Shown here: positions 26,639 to 35,609 of the stretch, one piece after another | Layout of the letters: every line of letters begins with the position of its first letter | Numbering within the stretch: position 1 is the first letter of the stretch | IMG/VR virus record: IMGVR_UViG_2788500553_000001 | Span: 1 to 60,996 of that record | DNA length: 60,996 nucleotides | Strand: one strand, 5' to 3' | Source: a virus | Made by a program: the position numbers and the translations under genes | The notes under the pieces: model-generated | The model's database searches: none | What the model was told of the DNA's origin: nothing | The model's input: only the letters and a program-made list of their open reading frames with translations

Positions 26639-27208
26639 TTACCAGTCGGCTGATGCGGCGGACGTGGTCGTCTCGATAGTCTCTACCTCCGTCTCGACTT
26701 CGTGCTCGATGCGGGGCGGCGTCTCAACGACATAAAACTCCTTCACGTCGCGTAATGGATTCGTGCTGATGTTCAGTTGCGGAGACGTCTGCGCCAACGT
26801 TTCGACCGCGGCATACACCGCGTTCTTCCGCGAGTCGGTGATCATCGAGGCGATCGCGGCCAGCCCACGGACGAAACCGCGGGTTCGGGCGGCTCGATAC
26901 TCGCCGTCTTCGACGACCGGCACCGGCGCGTTTACCATCCGGCTCCCGACCGCCTCGCTGATCGCGTCCCCGCTATGACTCGTCGCCCCGCGGATCGTCT
27001 CGAACGTCGACCGTGGATCGTCGATGCCGGCGACGACGATGTTCGCCGCGCAGATATCGATCGTCTGCGCCGTCTCGCCGAGAGACACGGTCATCGTCGT
27101 GTCGTCGGCGTCGGCCACCGCATCCAACTCCGACGGAGAGACGACCGTGTCTGCGTCGTCTAACAGGGCCTCGCCGACGCGGGCCGCGGCGTTTGGCGAG
27201 AAGCTCAT
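26639..27208 (-). CDS. Hypothetical protein
   Basis: Acidic 189-aa ORF within the replication operon. Confidence 0.65.
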   Translation of the reverse strand: MSFSPNAAARVGEALLDDADTVVSPSELDAVADADDTTMTVSLGETAQTIDICAANIVVAGIDDPRSTFETIRGATSHSGDAISEAVGSRMVNAPVPVVEDGEYRAARTRGFVRGLAAIASMITDSRKNAVYAAVETLAQTSPQLNISTNPLRDVKEFYVVETPPRIEHEVETEVETIETTTSAASADW

Positions 27209-28428
27209 CGCGACTCACCTCGAGGAGTATCTCCACCGGGGTAACCGTACATCGGGCAGGATTCGGGATCATCAGCCCGAGTACAGAGACCTTTATTCAT
27301 AAGCGTCGAACAGCTCCATGTTCCGGTATTGTTCTCATACAGGCTCTCTAACTGGTATTCCGTCACGTCACGGTCGTAGTCCGCCCAGCCCAACTGCGCG
27401 ATCAACTCGCCCGCCTCCGCCGGTGTCATGCCCGACGCCAACAGCAGCGTGCCGAGTTGAACACGCACGTCGTTCGGCGGATTCCGACCGAGCGCCCGCT
27501 CGTAGACGCACGGCATCTCGGTCATCTCGCGGATCACCCGCTCGGCGACCTCGTTATCGACCGCCGTGACCTCCGGCACTTCTCGCATCTGCTCTTGGCC
27601 GAACTCGTCCGCGTCCGGCCCCTTGTACGCCTCTCGCACCGTCAACTCCGGCCGTTCCTCCGCCCCGATCGACAGCGACGGCCGCGGCGAGTCCGCGAGG
27701 TCGAGCAGCTCCTCGGGCGTGATGTCCGCCAACTCCTCGCCCGTCAACGGCACCTGAACCGCCGCCGTCGGGATCGACGTGCCGCCGCTGTGATCGACAC
27801 GCCGGAGGTTCGGCACGCGGAGGATCCGGTACTCACGGCCCGTCGCCCGCGAGTCGACCGTCGGCAACTCCAACTCGCTCACCCACCGCCGGGCGTTGGT
27901 CTGAACCTTCAGCCCCGGCCGGGAGGCGGTCGACTCGTACAACTGGTGTACGTGGAGGCCGAGGCCAGAGAACACGCCACACACGGGGATGTCGGCGTCC
28001 CGTGAGGCGCGGGCCAACTGCCGGGCATCATCGCACACGTCGCCCAGCACGGCGTCTCGCACGTCTGCGTCGGTCCGCATCCGTTCGATGATGTCGCCAT
28101 CGCGAGCGTCGTCGGGGATGAGCGGATGCGCCCAGCGCCGATCGGCGTCCGGCGCCGCTTTCGCCGCTGAGTCGAGGTCGAACGACACCTTATCGATCGC
28201 GACGGCGTTGCCGACATATTCGCCGCCGTCGACAAGCGGCTGATACGACGCGACCGAGGCGTAGAGGTTCCGTTCGTTACGGACCTGCTCGATGACGCCT
28301 TTCATTTCTGACGCTGAGTTCACGAGGTACTGGCGAAGGCCGCCGTCACCGTACGGGTCAGACACCCCCACGGCCCGCGGAAATTCGCCGAACAGCGTTC
28401 GGGTCGGCGCGGTAAGCGCATCCATCAC
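27205..28428 (-). CDS. Archaeo-eukaryotic primase, PriS catalytic domain fused to a PriL-type Fe-S C-terminal domain
   Basis: FDLD, FSGLGLHVH, RILRVPN; C-terminal MPC...R...DYDRDVTEYQL...SC.TL...GLC...C. Confidence 0.8.
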   Translation of the reverse strand: MMDALTAPTRTLFGEFPRAVGVSDPYGDGGLRQYLVNSASEMKGVIEQVRNERNLYASVASYQPLVDGGEYVGNAVAIDKVSFDLDSAAKAAPDADRRWAHPLIPDDARDGDIIERMRTDADVRDAVLGDVCDDARQLARASRDADIPVCGVFSGLGLHVHQLYESTASRPGLKVQTNARRWVSELELPTVDSRATGREYRILRVPNLRRVDHSGGTSIPTAAVQVPLTGEELADITPEELLDLADSPRPSLSIGAEERPELTVREAYKGPDADEFGQEQMREVPEVTAVDNEVAERVIREMTEMPCVYERALGRNPPNDVRVQLGTLLLASGMTPAEAGELIAQLGWADYDRDVTEYQLESLYENNTGTWSCSTLMNKGLCTRADDPESCPMYGYPGGDTPRGESR

Positions 28429-28436
28429 CGATCACC

Positions 28437-29309
28437 TCACGCCGAGACGGAGCCGACGATGTGGCGGATCGTATGGTCCTCGCGGTCAGCGACGAACGCG
28501 AGCGGGTTATTCCCCGGCGCCGTCTGGAGTTCGACTTGCCCAGACAGCACGTTCAACACCTCCTCGAAGCCGTCGTGATAGGTGTTCTCGACATCGGGGC
28601 CGCTCACGCTCCGCGTCGGCAGCGTCCCGCGAGCGCCGGAGCCGGACTCGTCGCCAACGTCGACGCGAAGCTCGCCGTCTTCGACGACGATCGGGTAGAA
28701 CTCCGCCTGCGCGTCTTCTTCGACGAGGTCGACGATGCGGTCGAGCGTCTCGGCTTTCAACTCAACCTGCGTCGGCGCCGGATCGCCGGCCGGGTTCGTG
28801 TACTGCTCCTCATCGTTGAATCGGTCGGCCAGCCAGAACGGCACGTCTTCGAGGGCCGCCTCCGAACCGGGCAGTTTCGTCCAGGTGTTGAGCGACGGGC
28901 CGACCGCCCGGATGTGCGACGCGAGCCGCGTGTCCGAACTGCCCGTCAACTCGACCTCGACCGTATCGCCCGCATCGCCGGCGAAGTCGAGGTACGTCAG
29001 GGTATCGGCCACGTTCCAGATGGCCTCGGCACCCGTCTCGAACTCGAACTCGTCGCCGCTCGTGTCGATCGCCGTCTGCGTGGTCGCGTCGGCCGCGACT
29101 TCCAACTCCGTGAAGTAGTCCTCACGGAAGGTCGCGTACGTCAGCACGACTTCACCGGGAGCCGCCTGAAACACGTCGAGCCGATCCTCATGTACGTCGA
29201 TGTAGAGGTCGGAATGTTCGGTTTCGCCGCTGAGCGACGTTTTCTCGATAATCTGTGCGATTTCGCTAAGCGTAGCTCGCAGGGTCGCGAGCGTCTCGTT
29301 CTGACTCAT
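28437..29309 (-). CDS. Divergent PCNA-like sliding clamp (putative)
   Basis: 290 aa, beta-rich; YIDVHEDRLDVFQAAPGEVVLTYATFREDYF parallels the PCNA N-terminal pattern; both RFC subunits are encoded nearby. Confidence 0.5.
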   Translation of the reverse strand: MSQNETLATLRATLSEIAQIIEKTSLSGETEHSDLYIDVHEDRLDVFQAAPGEVVLTYATFREDYFTELEVAADATTQTAIDTSGDEFEFETGAEAIWNVADTLTYLDFAGDAGDTVEVELTGSSDTRLASHIRAVGPSLNTWTKLPGSEAALEDVPFWLADRFNDEEQYTNPAGDPAPTQVELKAETLDRIVDLVEEDAQAEFYPIVVEDGELRVDVGDESGSGARGTLPTRSVSGPDVENTYHDGFEEVLNVLSGQVELQTAPGNNPLAFVADREDHTIRHIVGSVSA

Positions 29310-29330
29310 GTGTGACCGGGGTATGTCGGG

Positions 29331-29741
29331 TTACTCGTCGTCGCTGTGCGCCTCGTCGATCGCGTCGATGTCGTCGTCGCTCGGCTGGTGTTTGAACACC
29401 CACCACGGCGTCTCACCGCCCTGCTGTTGGATGAATTGCGCCGCGAACGTGAGAATCGCCCGTCGCTGACTCACGCCGCGGCCCGTCACTTGTTCGACGC
29501 GTTGTTTCGCCCGATTCGAACGGACATACAACCGCGTCCGCTCTTCCGGGGGCAACTCTAACGGCTCCGCGTCTTCGGGGATAATCGTGCGGAGTAGCTC
29601 GTCAAACGACAGCTCTCCGCTGTGCGTCTCGTCGATAATCCCCAACTCCACCGCCCGCTGTTTGACCGCCGGAAGGCGTTTCATCGCCTCCAACAGGCGT
29701 TTATCGGAGTCGTAGACGCGAATCGACGATTCATGGCTCAT
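29331..29741 (-). CDS. Hypothetical protein, possible ribbon-helix-helix regulator
   Basis: SIRVYDSDKRLLEAMK beta-helix start, partly repeated at TRLYVRSNRAKQRVE. Confidence 0.5.
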   Translation of the reverse strand: MSHESSIRVYDSDKRLLEAMKRLPAVKQRAVELGIIDETHSGELSFDELLRTIIPEDAEPLELPPEERTRLYVRSNRAKQRVEQVTGRGVSQRRAILTFAAQFIQQQGGETPWWVFKHQPSDDDIDAIDEAHSDDE

Positions 29742-31126
29742 TCTTGGACGTAGACCTGTGGGTCATGGTCGATTATTGTTTCGGCTTCGATCGCGTCGGC
29801 CAATTCATCGACTGCGACTGGCTCGTCTGACGACTCGGCTTCCTCGATTCGGTTGACGGCGTCCCGAACCTTCGGGAACGTCGGCTTTTCCATGCCGACA
29901 AACACGTTATCCGTGAAGTTGGAACCGACGAGGTCACCGACCTTCCCGCTATCGTCGTCTTTCCGAGCGCGGAGAATCGTGTCCGCCTTGTACGGGTTAT
30001 TCTTCTCGCCTTTTGGCTCGTAATACTGCCGGTCCTGCTCATCCTCGAACGTCTCCTCGAAGTCGACGCGTTCCATCGCCGTCCAGTAGAAGTGATACGG
30101 CGAATCGACGATGCGGCCGCGGAACTCGCCGTTGTGATACTCCTTGATCACCTGCCAATCGGACTCCTGCGACGAGTTGAAGTTGGCCGACAACTCCACT
30201 TCCTCGGGGTCTTTCAGCTTGTAGTTTTCGAGGATGTGGTGCGTCTGCGCCCACTCCCACATCAGCGACATCGAGTCGACGACGATCGACCCGGTGACCC
30301 CGCGCTTCTCACGGTGCCAGTCGAGCCACTCTAACGCTTCATCGAGGGCCTTGCGGGTGCGCCGGAACTTCGTATCCGGTTCGGCCGTCATCGACTTCGG
30401 CTGCCAAATTTGGACCTCGCGATTCGTGAACTTGTGCGCGATATCGTCGGCCTTTCCCTCCAAGTCGAGGAACGCCACCGGCTCGGGCATGGTAAAGCCC
30501 ATATGCGTCTTGAACAGTTTTGGCGGTCCCCACGCCATTATCTTCCACCGGCGATCCCGCTCGGCGGCCTGCTCGACGCTGATCGCACTTGATGGCGTCG
30601 GAGGTTCGGGCGCACCGTCCGCTGTCTCGCCAGAGACGCCGTCGTCTGCGCCGTTCGACTCGTCGTCGGGGGTATCGGTCATGTCGACCGCGCTCGTCAC
30701 AGACGGCGTCATCTCGTCCGTCTCTTCGCCGCCATCGCCGCCGTCGTCATCGGCATCGGCCGGCGCCACATCATCGCCGTCGTCGTCATCGGGCGCCGTC
30801 GCGTTCTCCGGCTCGGGCGCCCCCTCCGCATCGGGGAGGTCACCCGTCTCGTCGATGTCGAGTTCGTCGCCGTCGTCGTTGAGCGTCTGCTGCTTCTCGA
30901 TGTCCTCCGCACGGCTGTTACCGTCGTCGTCGCTCGCCGGCTCGTCCGTGTCGTCGGACTCGTCGACCGGGGAGCCGCCCCAGCCGCCGGCACTCTCGTC
31001 GCCGTCGCCGCCGTCGGAGGTGCTTGTTCCGCCCCAGCCGCTCGCGCCACCGTCGTCGTCGGTGGTCGAGCCGCCGTCGGCTTTCGGTTCGTCCGCGTCG
31101 TCGCTGACTTCGTCTTTCCAGCCCAT
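29738..31126 (-). CDS. Sak4/AAA_24-like RecA-fold ATPase with long acidic disordered N-terminus
   Basis: WGPPKLFKT (deviant Walker A), FLDLEG, IVVDSMS. Confidence 0.7.
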   Translation of the reverse strand: MGWKDEVSDDADEPKADGGSTTDDDGGASGWGGTSTSDGGDGDESAGGWGGSPVDESDDTDEPASDDDGNSRAEDIEKQQTLNDDGDELDIDETGDLPDAEGAPEPENATAPDDDDGDDVAPADADDDGGDGGEETDEMTPSVTSAVDMTDTPDDESNGADDGVSGETADGAPEPPTPSSAISVEQAAERDRRWKIMAWGPPKLFKTHMGFTMPEPVAFLDLEGKADDIAHKFTNREVQIWQPKSMTAEPDTKFRRTRKALDEALEWLDWHREKRGVTGSIVVDSMSLMWEWAQTHHILENYKLKDPEEVELSANFNSSQESDWQVIKEYHNGEFRGRIVDSPYHFYWTAMERVDFEETFEDEQDRQYYEPKGEKNNPYKADTILRARKDDDSGKVGDLVGSNFTDNVFVGMEKPTFPKVRDAVNRIEEAESSDEPVAVDELADAIEAETIIDHDPQVYVQE

Positions 31127-31128
31127 CG

Positions 31129-32169
31129 TTAGATGGTGTCTTCCTCGATGGCTTCGTCATCGGCGCCATCGGAGCCGGCGTCTTCGTAGCGATCCCCGTC
31201 GTAGGGGAACTCGACGATCGGGATCGCCCCGAACGCCATCATGCGATACTGGCCGTCGTCGCGTTGGATGAGATAGCCGTACACGTCGAGAACCGACCCC
31301 TCGCCGTACATCAACTCGTTTACCATGTCGACTTGAAGGCCGGGCGTCCGCATCTGGTCGGAGACCAGCTCGTCTGGCACGTCGGCCTCGGTCATGATCG
31401 TGTCGTCGGACAGCGTCAACAGCCCACTCTCCTCGAACTGAACGCCGTCGACGACGTTGCCCCGGAACCGCTTGATGTCGACCCCGAGGCCCGCCGCCCA
31501 GCCGTTCGCGTTTTCCGTCGCGACATGGTCCGCGAAGTTTTGGAGGGTGACGGCGTCGGCCTCCGTAATGAAGTTCTGATGGATCATCTCCCGCTTCGGC
31601 TCTCGATCGGCCGGGAGGTCAGCGATCGGGTCGCCCGCCCCGGCATCGGCCGGATCGACCTGCTCTAACACCGTATCCTCAGTCGACTCCATCACGTAGG
31701 CCGGGGCGCCGCCTTTCTTGATCGTCGGCGTATTATCGTACGTCCCGCACCGCCGGACATCGGCCGCTACACGGCACGTCTCAAGCGGCCGCATCGACCG
31801 TTTCGCGTGGTCGATGTCGACGCCATCGTCACCGTCGATCAGAAAAGTGGCGACGCCAGCCGGCCCGTCGTCGGGGTTGATGACTCCGGCGGCCCGGATC
31901 CCGTAGTCGGCCAACCCCGTCTCCATGCGATAGCCAAGCGCCAACATCGGCACCGTTTCGGTATCAGCCGACCCGCCGCCCGAGAGGTTGATGTCGGACT
32001 TGACGACGTTAAACGCCTGCTGCCGCATCTCGTCGGCCGGCTCCTCCGACACGACGAGCCCTTCATCGTTCCACTCGGCGAGCTTCGCCTCAATCGCGTC
32101 GCTGATTTCGGCTTCTGTTTTCTCGCTCGATTCTGCCAACGCCGCGATTTGTTCCGCTAAGTCACTCAC
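31129..32169 (-). CDS. Putative ssDNA-binding (RPA/OB-fold) protein
   Basis: GTG start; N-terminal helical bundle then OB-like strands (LTLSDDT; VLDVYGYL...YRMMAFG); next to recombinases. Confidence 0.45.
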   Translation of the reverse strand: MSDLAEQIAALAESSEKTEAEISDAIEAKLAEWNDEGLVVSEEPADEMRQQAFNVVKSDINLSGGGSADTETVPMLALGYRMETGLADYGIRAAGVINPDDGPAGVATFLIDGDDGVDIDHAKRSMRPLETCRVAADVRRCGTYDNTPTIKKGGAPAYVMESTEDTVLEQVDPADAGAGDPIADLPADREPKREMIHQNFITEADAVTLQNFADHVATENANGWAAGLGVDIKRFRGNVVDGVQFEESGLLTLSDDTIMTEADVPDELVSDQMRTPGLQVDMVNELMYGEGSVLDVYGYLIQRDDGQYRMMAFGAIPIVEFPYDGDRYEDAGSDGADDEAIEEDTI

Positions 32170-32311
32170 ACTTGACCTGCCGCCCGACCGGGGTAGGTAG
32201 GCGACACCCGACCATACACGGTGGGTAGGGAAATAACACCCCCTGAACGTCTCGGGCCAGACGTAACACGGGAGGGCAAACCCTCGCCGGCCTTTACACA
32301 TCGACGGACCG

Positions 32312-33358
32312 ATGTCCGACCTTCAATCCCTATCCGGCGTCGGGCCGGGCAAGGAGTCGAAGTTGCGAGATGCCGGTATCGAGTCAGTCAACGAGCTGGC
32401 GAACGCCGACCTCGACACGCTCGAGAACGCCGGTATCCGACAAGCCGAAACGATCCTCGACCGCGCTCAGCGTCAGGGAGTCCAGATACAGAGTGGCGTG
32501 GCGGTCGAAGAAGAGCAACAGGAAGCCGCGAAAGTGACGACTTCGCTTCCCGAGGTTGACGCCATGATGGGCGGCGGCCTCCGCGGCGGGTTCATCGTCG
32601 GCGTGAGCGGAGAGTCGAAAGCCGGCAAGACGCAGTTCGCCTTACAGTCGCTTGTCGCTGCCGCTCAGTATCATGTCGGTGAAGCGGTGTATATCGAAAC
32701 TGAGCCAAACCGTTTTCAAACTGAGCGGCTTCGCTCTCTCATCCGTGACGATGGGGAAATGGGGGAAAACATACGAAAGGGGGTAAATGGGGAAGACGGT
32801 CTAGACGGTCTAGATGATCAAGACGATCGAGACGATCGTCATGAAGAATATCTCGACGATCCTCGAACCGATCCACGAGACGTATTGAGTCATATCCATA
32901 AGATCGAGGCATATGAGCCAGACGACGATGTCGACAACCTTCGTGTTCAACGCAACTCATACGATGCGGTTCGAGAGACGTTCGATGAAGTATCGATCGT
33001 CGTCGTTGACTCGTTCATCGCGAACTTCCGACTAAGTGGAGAGTTTACCGATCGATCAGACCTCCCCGATCGTAACGCAGTTATCGCCGATCACCTCGAA
33101 GCGATACAATCACTCTCCAACGACTTCGATTGTCCTGTTCTACTCACACTTCAGGTTCAGGGTGACCCCGATGCGTACTCCGGTTCGGACTTCAGCTTAT
33201 GGGGACCGGTCCTGATGGATCATACGATCACTCATCTGCTCCACCTGACGCACGGTAAAGGCGACAAGAAACAGGTAGAACTGAAGGGACATCCGTCTCA
33301 GCCCGACGACGAGGTAACTTTACATATACCGGAAGACGAACCGCTTATCTCGGCATAA
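32312..33358 (+). CDS. radA: RadA-like recombinase
   Basis: N-terminal HhH (LSGVGPG), VDAMMGGG, Walker A GESKAGKT, YIETE, VVVDSFIANFR. Confidence 0.85.
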   Translation: MSDLQSLSGVGPGKESKLRDAGIESVNELANADLDTLENAGIRQAETILDRAQRQGVQIQSGVAVEEEQQEAAKVTTSLPEVDAMMGGGLRGGFIVGVSGESKAGKTQFALQSLVAAAQYHVGEAVYIETEPNRFQTERLRSLIRDDGEMGENIRKGVNGEDGLDGLDDQDDRDDRHEEYLDDPRTDPRDVLSHIHKIEAYEPDDDVDNLRVQRNSYDAVRETFDEVSIVVVDSFIANFRLSGEFTDRSDLPDRNAVIADHLEAIQSLSNDFDCPVLLTLQVQGDPDAYSGSDFSLWGPVLMDHTITHLLHLTHGKGDKKQVELKGHPSQPDDEVTLHIPEDEPLISA

Positions 33359-33414
33359 GTTAAACAACTCGACGTTCGTGTGCCAAGCGATAGACATCTG
33401 TCCGATTTTCTCTG

Positions 33415-33499
33415 AAAAAGTTTTATTAGGCCGGCCGGTTAATGGTCGGATGAGACGGTTTCCACCGTCTCGTCAGGCACTCAGCCCGACCGGGGTAAC
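33415..33499 (-). ncRNA. Candidate ~85-nt small RNA convergent with radA
   Basis: Begins at the TTACCCCGGTC motif; hairpins TCGGGC-TGAGT-GCCTGA and GAGACGGT-GGAA-ACCGTCTC; ends in TTTTT. Confidence 0.4.
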
Positions 33500-33656
33500 G
33501 ATTGGGCCTTGGAGGGGAGGTGTGTCTTCCACACTTCGCACCTTCCCCGCCTGTCTTTCTACGGAGTGACTTCAGTAATTCCACCCGCCATCGATGTGGT
33601 GCCACTATTCATAGGTGTTAAGGTGTAATTATCAGATGCCCCACGCGGCCCTTCCC

Positions 33657-33736
33657 TTACCCCGGTCGGGCGACTGCGTGGGCTGCCCAACACGACGGGG
33701 AGAGTGTAGCATAAGTCCCCGGACAGCCCCCACGCC
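33657..33736 (+). promoter_or_regulatory. Motif plus structured 5' leader of the late operon
   Basis: TAATTAT ~30 nt upstream, TTACCCCGGTC, then GCGTGGG/CCCACGC and CGGGGA/TCCCCG helices closing 1 nt before ATG 33737. Confidence 0.5.
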
Positions 33737-34270
33737 ATGTCAATCTTCAAGGACATCCAACGCGACCCGGATGTGTGTAACAACTGTTTCAGACGGACCC
33801 ACACCCGGTATTCGCGGGAGTACGCAGTTGACTGGGTGTACGACCCATCAGAGCGGGACTACGACTTCTGGCCTCGCCTCGTCGACCACGGCGAAGAGGT
33901 ACGGCGACGGCGTGGGGAGACGACAAAGGTGCCTGACGAGACGCCCGCCGGTGGCATGACAACGACGTGTAAGTGTGGCGTCCAGTACGTGCCGCCGGAG
34001 GACCTCGCCGACGATGAGACGTGGAAGATTCGCCCGATGCCGAAACGGCTGTTTTTCGAGGCGGCCGAGCGGCTGGCGGATCGAGTGAGCGAACATGATG
34101 CCGTCGCGTCGTTGGATCGCGACGACTTTCTGGCCCTGCTCGACGAGTGGAAGTCAGACCCGGATGAACAGTTTCGCGACGATCGCCTGTTTGAGCGGGC
34201 GGTCGAGCGAACCGTAACGAAACACGCCGCCGACGATGGGAGTCAAGATGCCGCTCGAAACGTGCCCTAA
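33737..34270 (+). CDS. Hypothetical protein with zinc-binding cysteines
   Basis: CNNC and CKC; first gene of the rightward operon. Confidence 0.7.
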   Translation: MSIFKDIQRDPDVCNNCFRRTHTRYSREYAVDWVYDPSERDYDFWPRLVDHGEEVRRRRGETTKVPDETPAGGMTTTCKCGVQYVPPEDLADDETWKIRPMPKRLFFEAAERLADRVSEHDAVASLDRDDFLALLDEWKSDPDEQFRDDRLFERAVERTVTKHAADDGSQDAARNVP

Positions 34271-34340
34271 CTGCGATTGGCCGGTTTCGGAGTATCACGA
34301 AACCTGCCCGCGATGCGATACCCCGGTCGAGCATGAGTAA
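34248..34340 (+). CDS. 30-aa double-CxxC microprotein (not in ORF track)
   Basis: MPLETCPNCDWPVSEYHETCPRCDTPVEHE. Confidence 0.6.
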   Translation: MPLETCPNCDWPVSEYHETCPRCDTPVEHE

Positions 34341-35607
34341 TTTATCGAACCTCCTTACCGACGCACAGCTCGAACTCCTGAGTGAGTTGCCCGAAACGCC
34401 GTCGGAACTCGCTGACGAACTCGGCCTCAGTCGGTCGGGCGTTCAGAGTCGGGTGACCCGTATCCGCGACCGTCTTGCGGAGTCCGACGCCGACGCCGCC
34501 GTGAAACATGATGGCGAGGCGTACTACCTGACCGGCGAGGATACCGAGAACGTCCGCCGGCTGTCGACGCAGGCGAAATCGACCATCACACGCCGCGCTA
34601 ACGAGTTCCGCACCGAACAGGAAGCGGCGGTCCTTCGACGCCTCAAACGCCGAGAGCCGTTGCGTGCGACGCCAGACGCCGACCCAGACGCCGAGTCCCT
34701 CGTCGTCGCATTCGGCGATGTTCACATGGGCGACCTCATCACGGCCGGCGGTCGGGAGGTGTATAATCCCCGGATCGCCTACGGCTCCGTCCTCGAAATC
34801 ACTCGCCGGACGCTCGAAATCAAGGACATGATGGAGTCGATGACCGACATCGACACGGTTCATGTCCTCTGGCTTGGCGACATGGTCACCGGCGAGCGCG
34901 TCTACGACGGGCAGGAGTACAATATCACCCTCCTGCTCGCCGACCAACTCGCGATGTCGGTCGAGGTGTTGACCCACCAAATCGAGACGTTCAGCGAGCA
35001 CTTCGATACGGTCACCGTGACGGCCGTGCCGGGCAATCACGGCCTCGATAAAGCGTCGGCGAAGTCACAGCAGGCGAATCAGGACCTCAACTGTTACCGC
35101 TGGACGGTCGATCGGCTCCATGAGGCCGGCGTCGATAATGTCGACTTCCGTATCTCGAACGGCGGGCACTACGCGAACCGCGAGATACGCGGTCATAACT
35201 ACCATATCCGACACGGACAGGACGAGCAGATTCACGCCGATGCGACCGCTCGATCGGAAGCCGATCAACGCGGTCTCCTGTACGCTCACGACTACGACGT
35301 ACAGGTCCGCGGGCACTTCCACACGAGCCGGCAAGAGGAGGTTCTGAATACGGCGGATGTCGTGACGCTGCCCTCGCCGAAACCCGGCGACGACTTCGCG
35401 GAGCGGATTGGCCGGCCGGATGTCCATGAGTTCCGGGCGCTCGGCAAACTGTGGCGCGTCTCGGATCGACGGCCGATGGCCGGAGTTCACAAGATCGACG
35501 ATATCGACATGGACCTCGACGCGCTCGATGTGCCGTCGATCGACGATATCCGGCAGCGGTATAACAAGGCGAAGGCGGCCGGTCCGCACGTTCACCCTGT
35601 CAGTTGA
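34333..35607 (+). CDS. HTH-fused calcineurin-like metallophosphoesterase
   Basis: N-terminal HTH (SELADELGLSRSGVQSRV); GDVHMG, GD, GNHG, HG, GHFH. Confidence 0.85.
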   Translation: MSNLSNLLTDAQLELLSELPETPSELADELGLSRSGVQSRVTRIRDRLAESDADAAVKHDGEAYYLTGEDTENVRRLSTQAKSTITRRANEFRTEQEAAVLRRLKRREPLRATPDADPDAESLVVAFGDVHMGDLITAGGREVYNPRIAYGSVLEITRRTLEIKDMMESMTDIDTVHVLWLGDMVTGERVYDGQEYNITLLLADQLAMSVEVLTHQIETFSEHFDTVTVTAVPGNHGLDKASAKSQQANQDLNCYRWTVDRLHEAGVDNVDFRISNGGHYANREIRGHNYHIRHGQDEQIHADATARSEADQRGLLYAHDYDVQVRGHFHTSRQEEVLNTADVVTLPSPKPGDDFAERIGRPDVHEFRALGKLWRVSDRRPMAGVHKIDDIDMDLDALDVPSIDDIRQRYNKAKAAGPHVHPVS

Positions 35608-35609
35608 CG

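Noticed and set aside
33440-33480. Hammerhead ribozyme (CTGACGA ... GAAA on the minus strand)
   Set aside because: GAAA lies within the hairpin loop rather than after stem II, and stems I/III cannot form.
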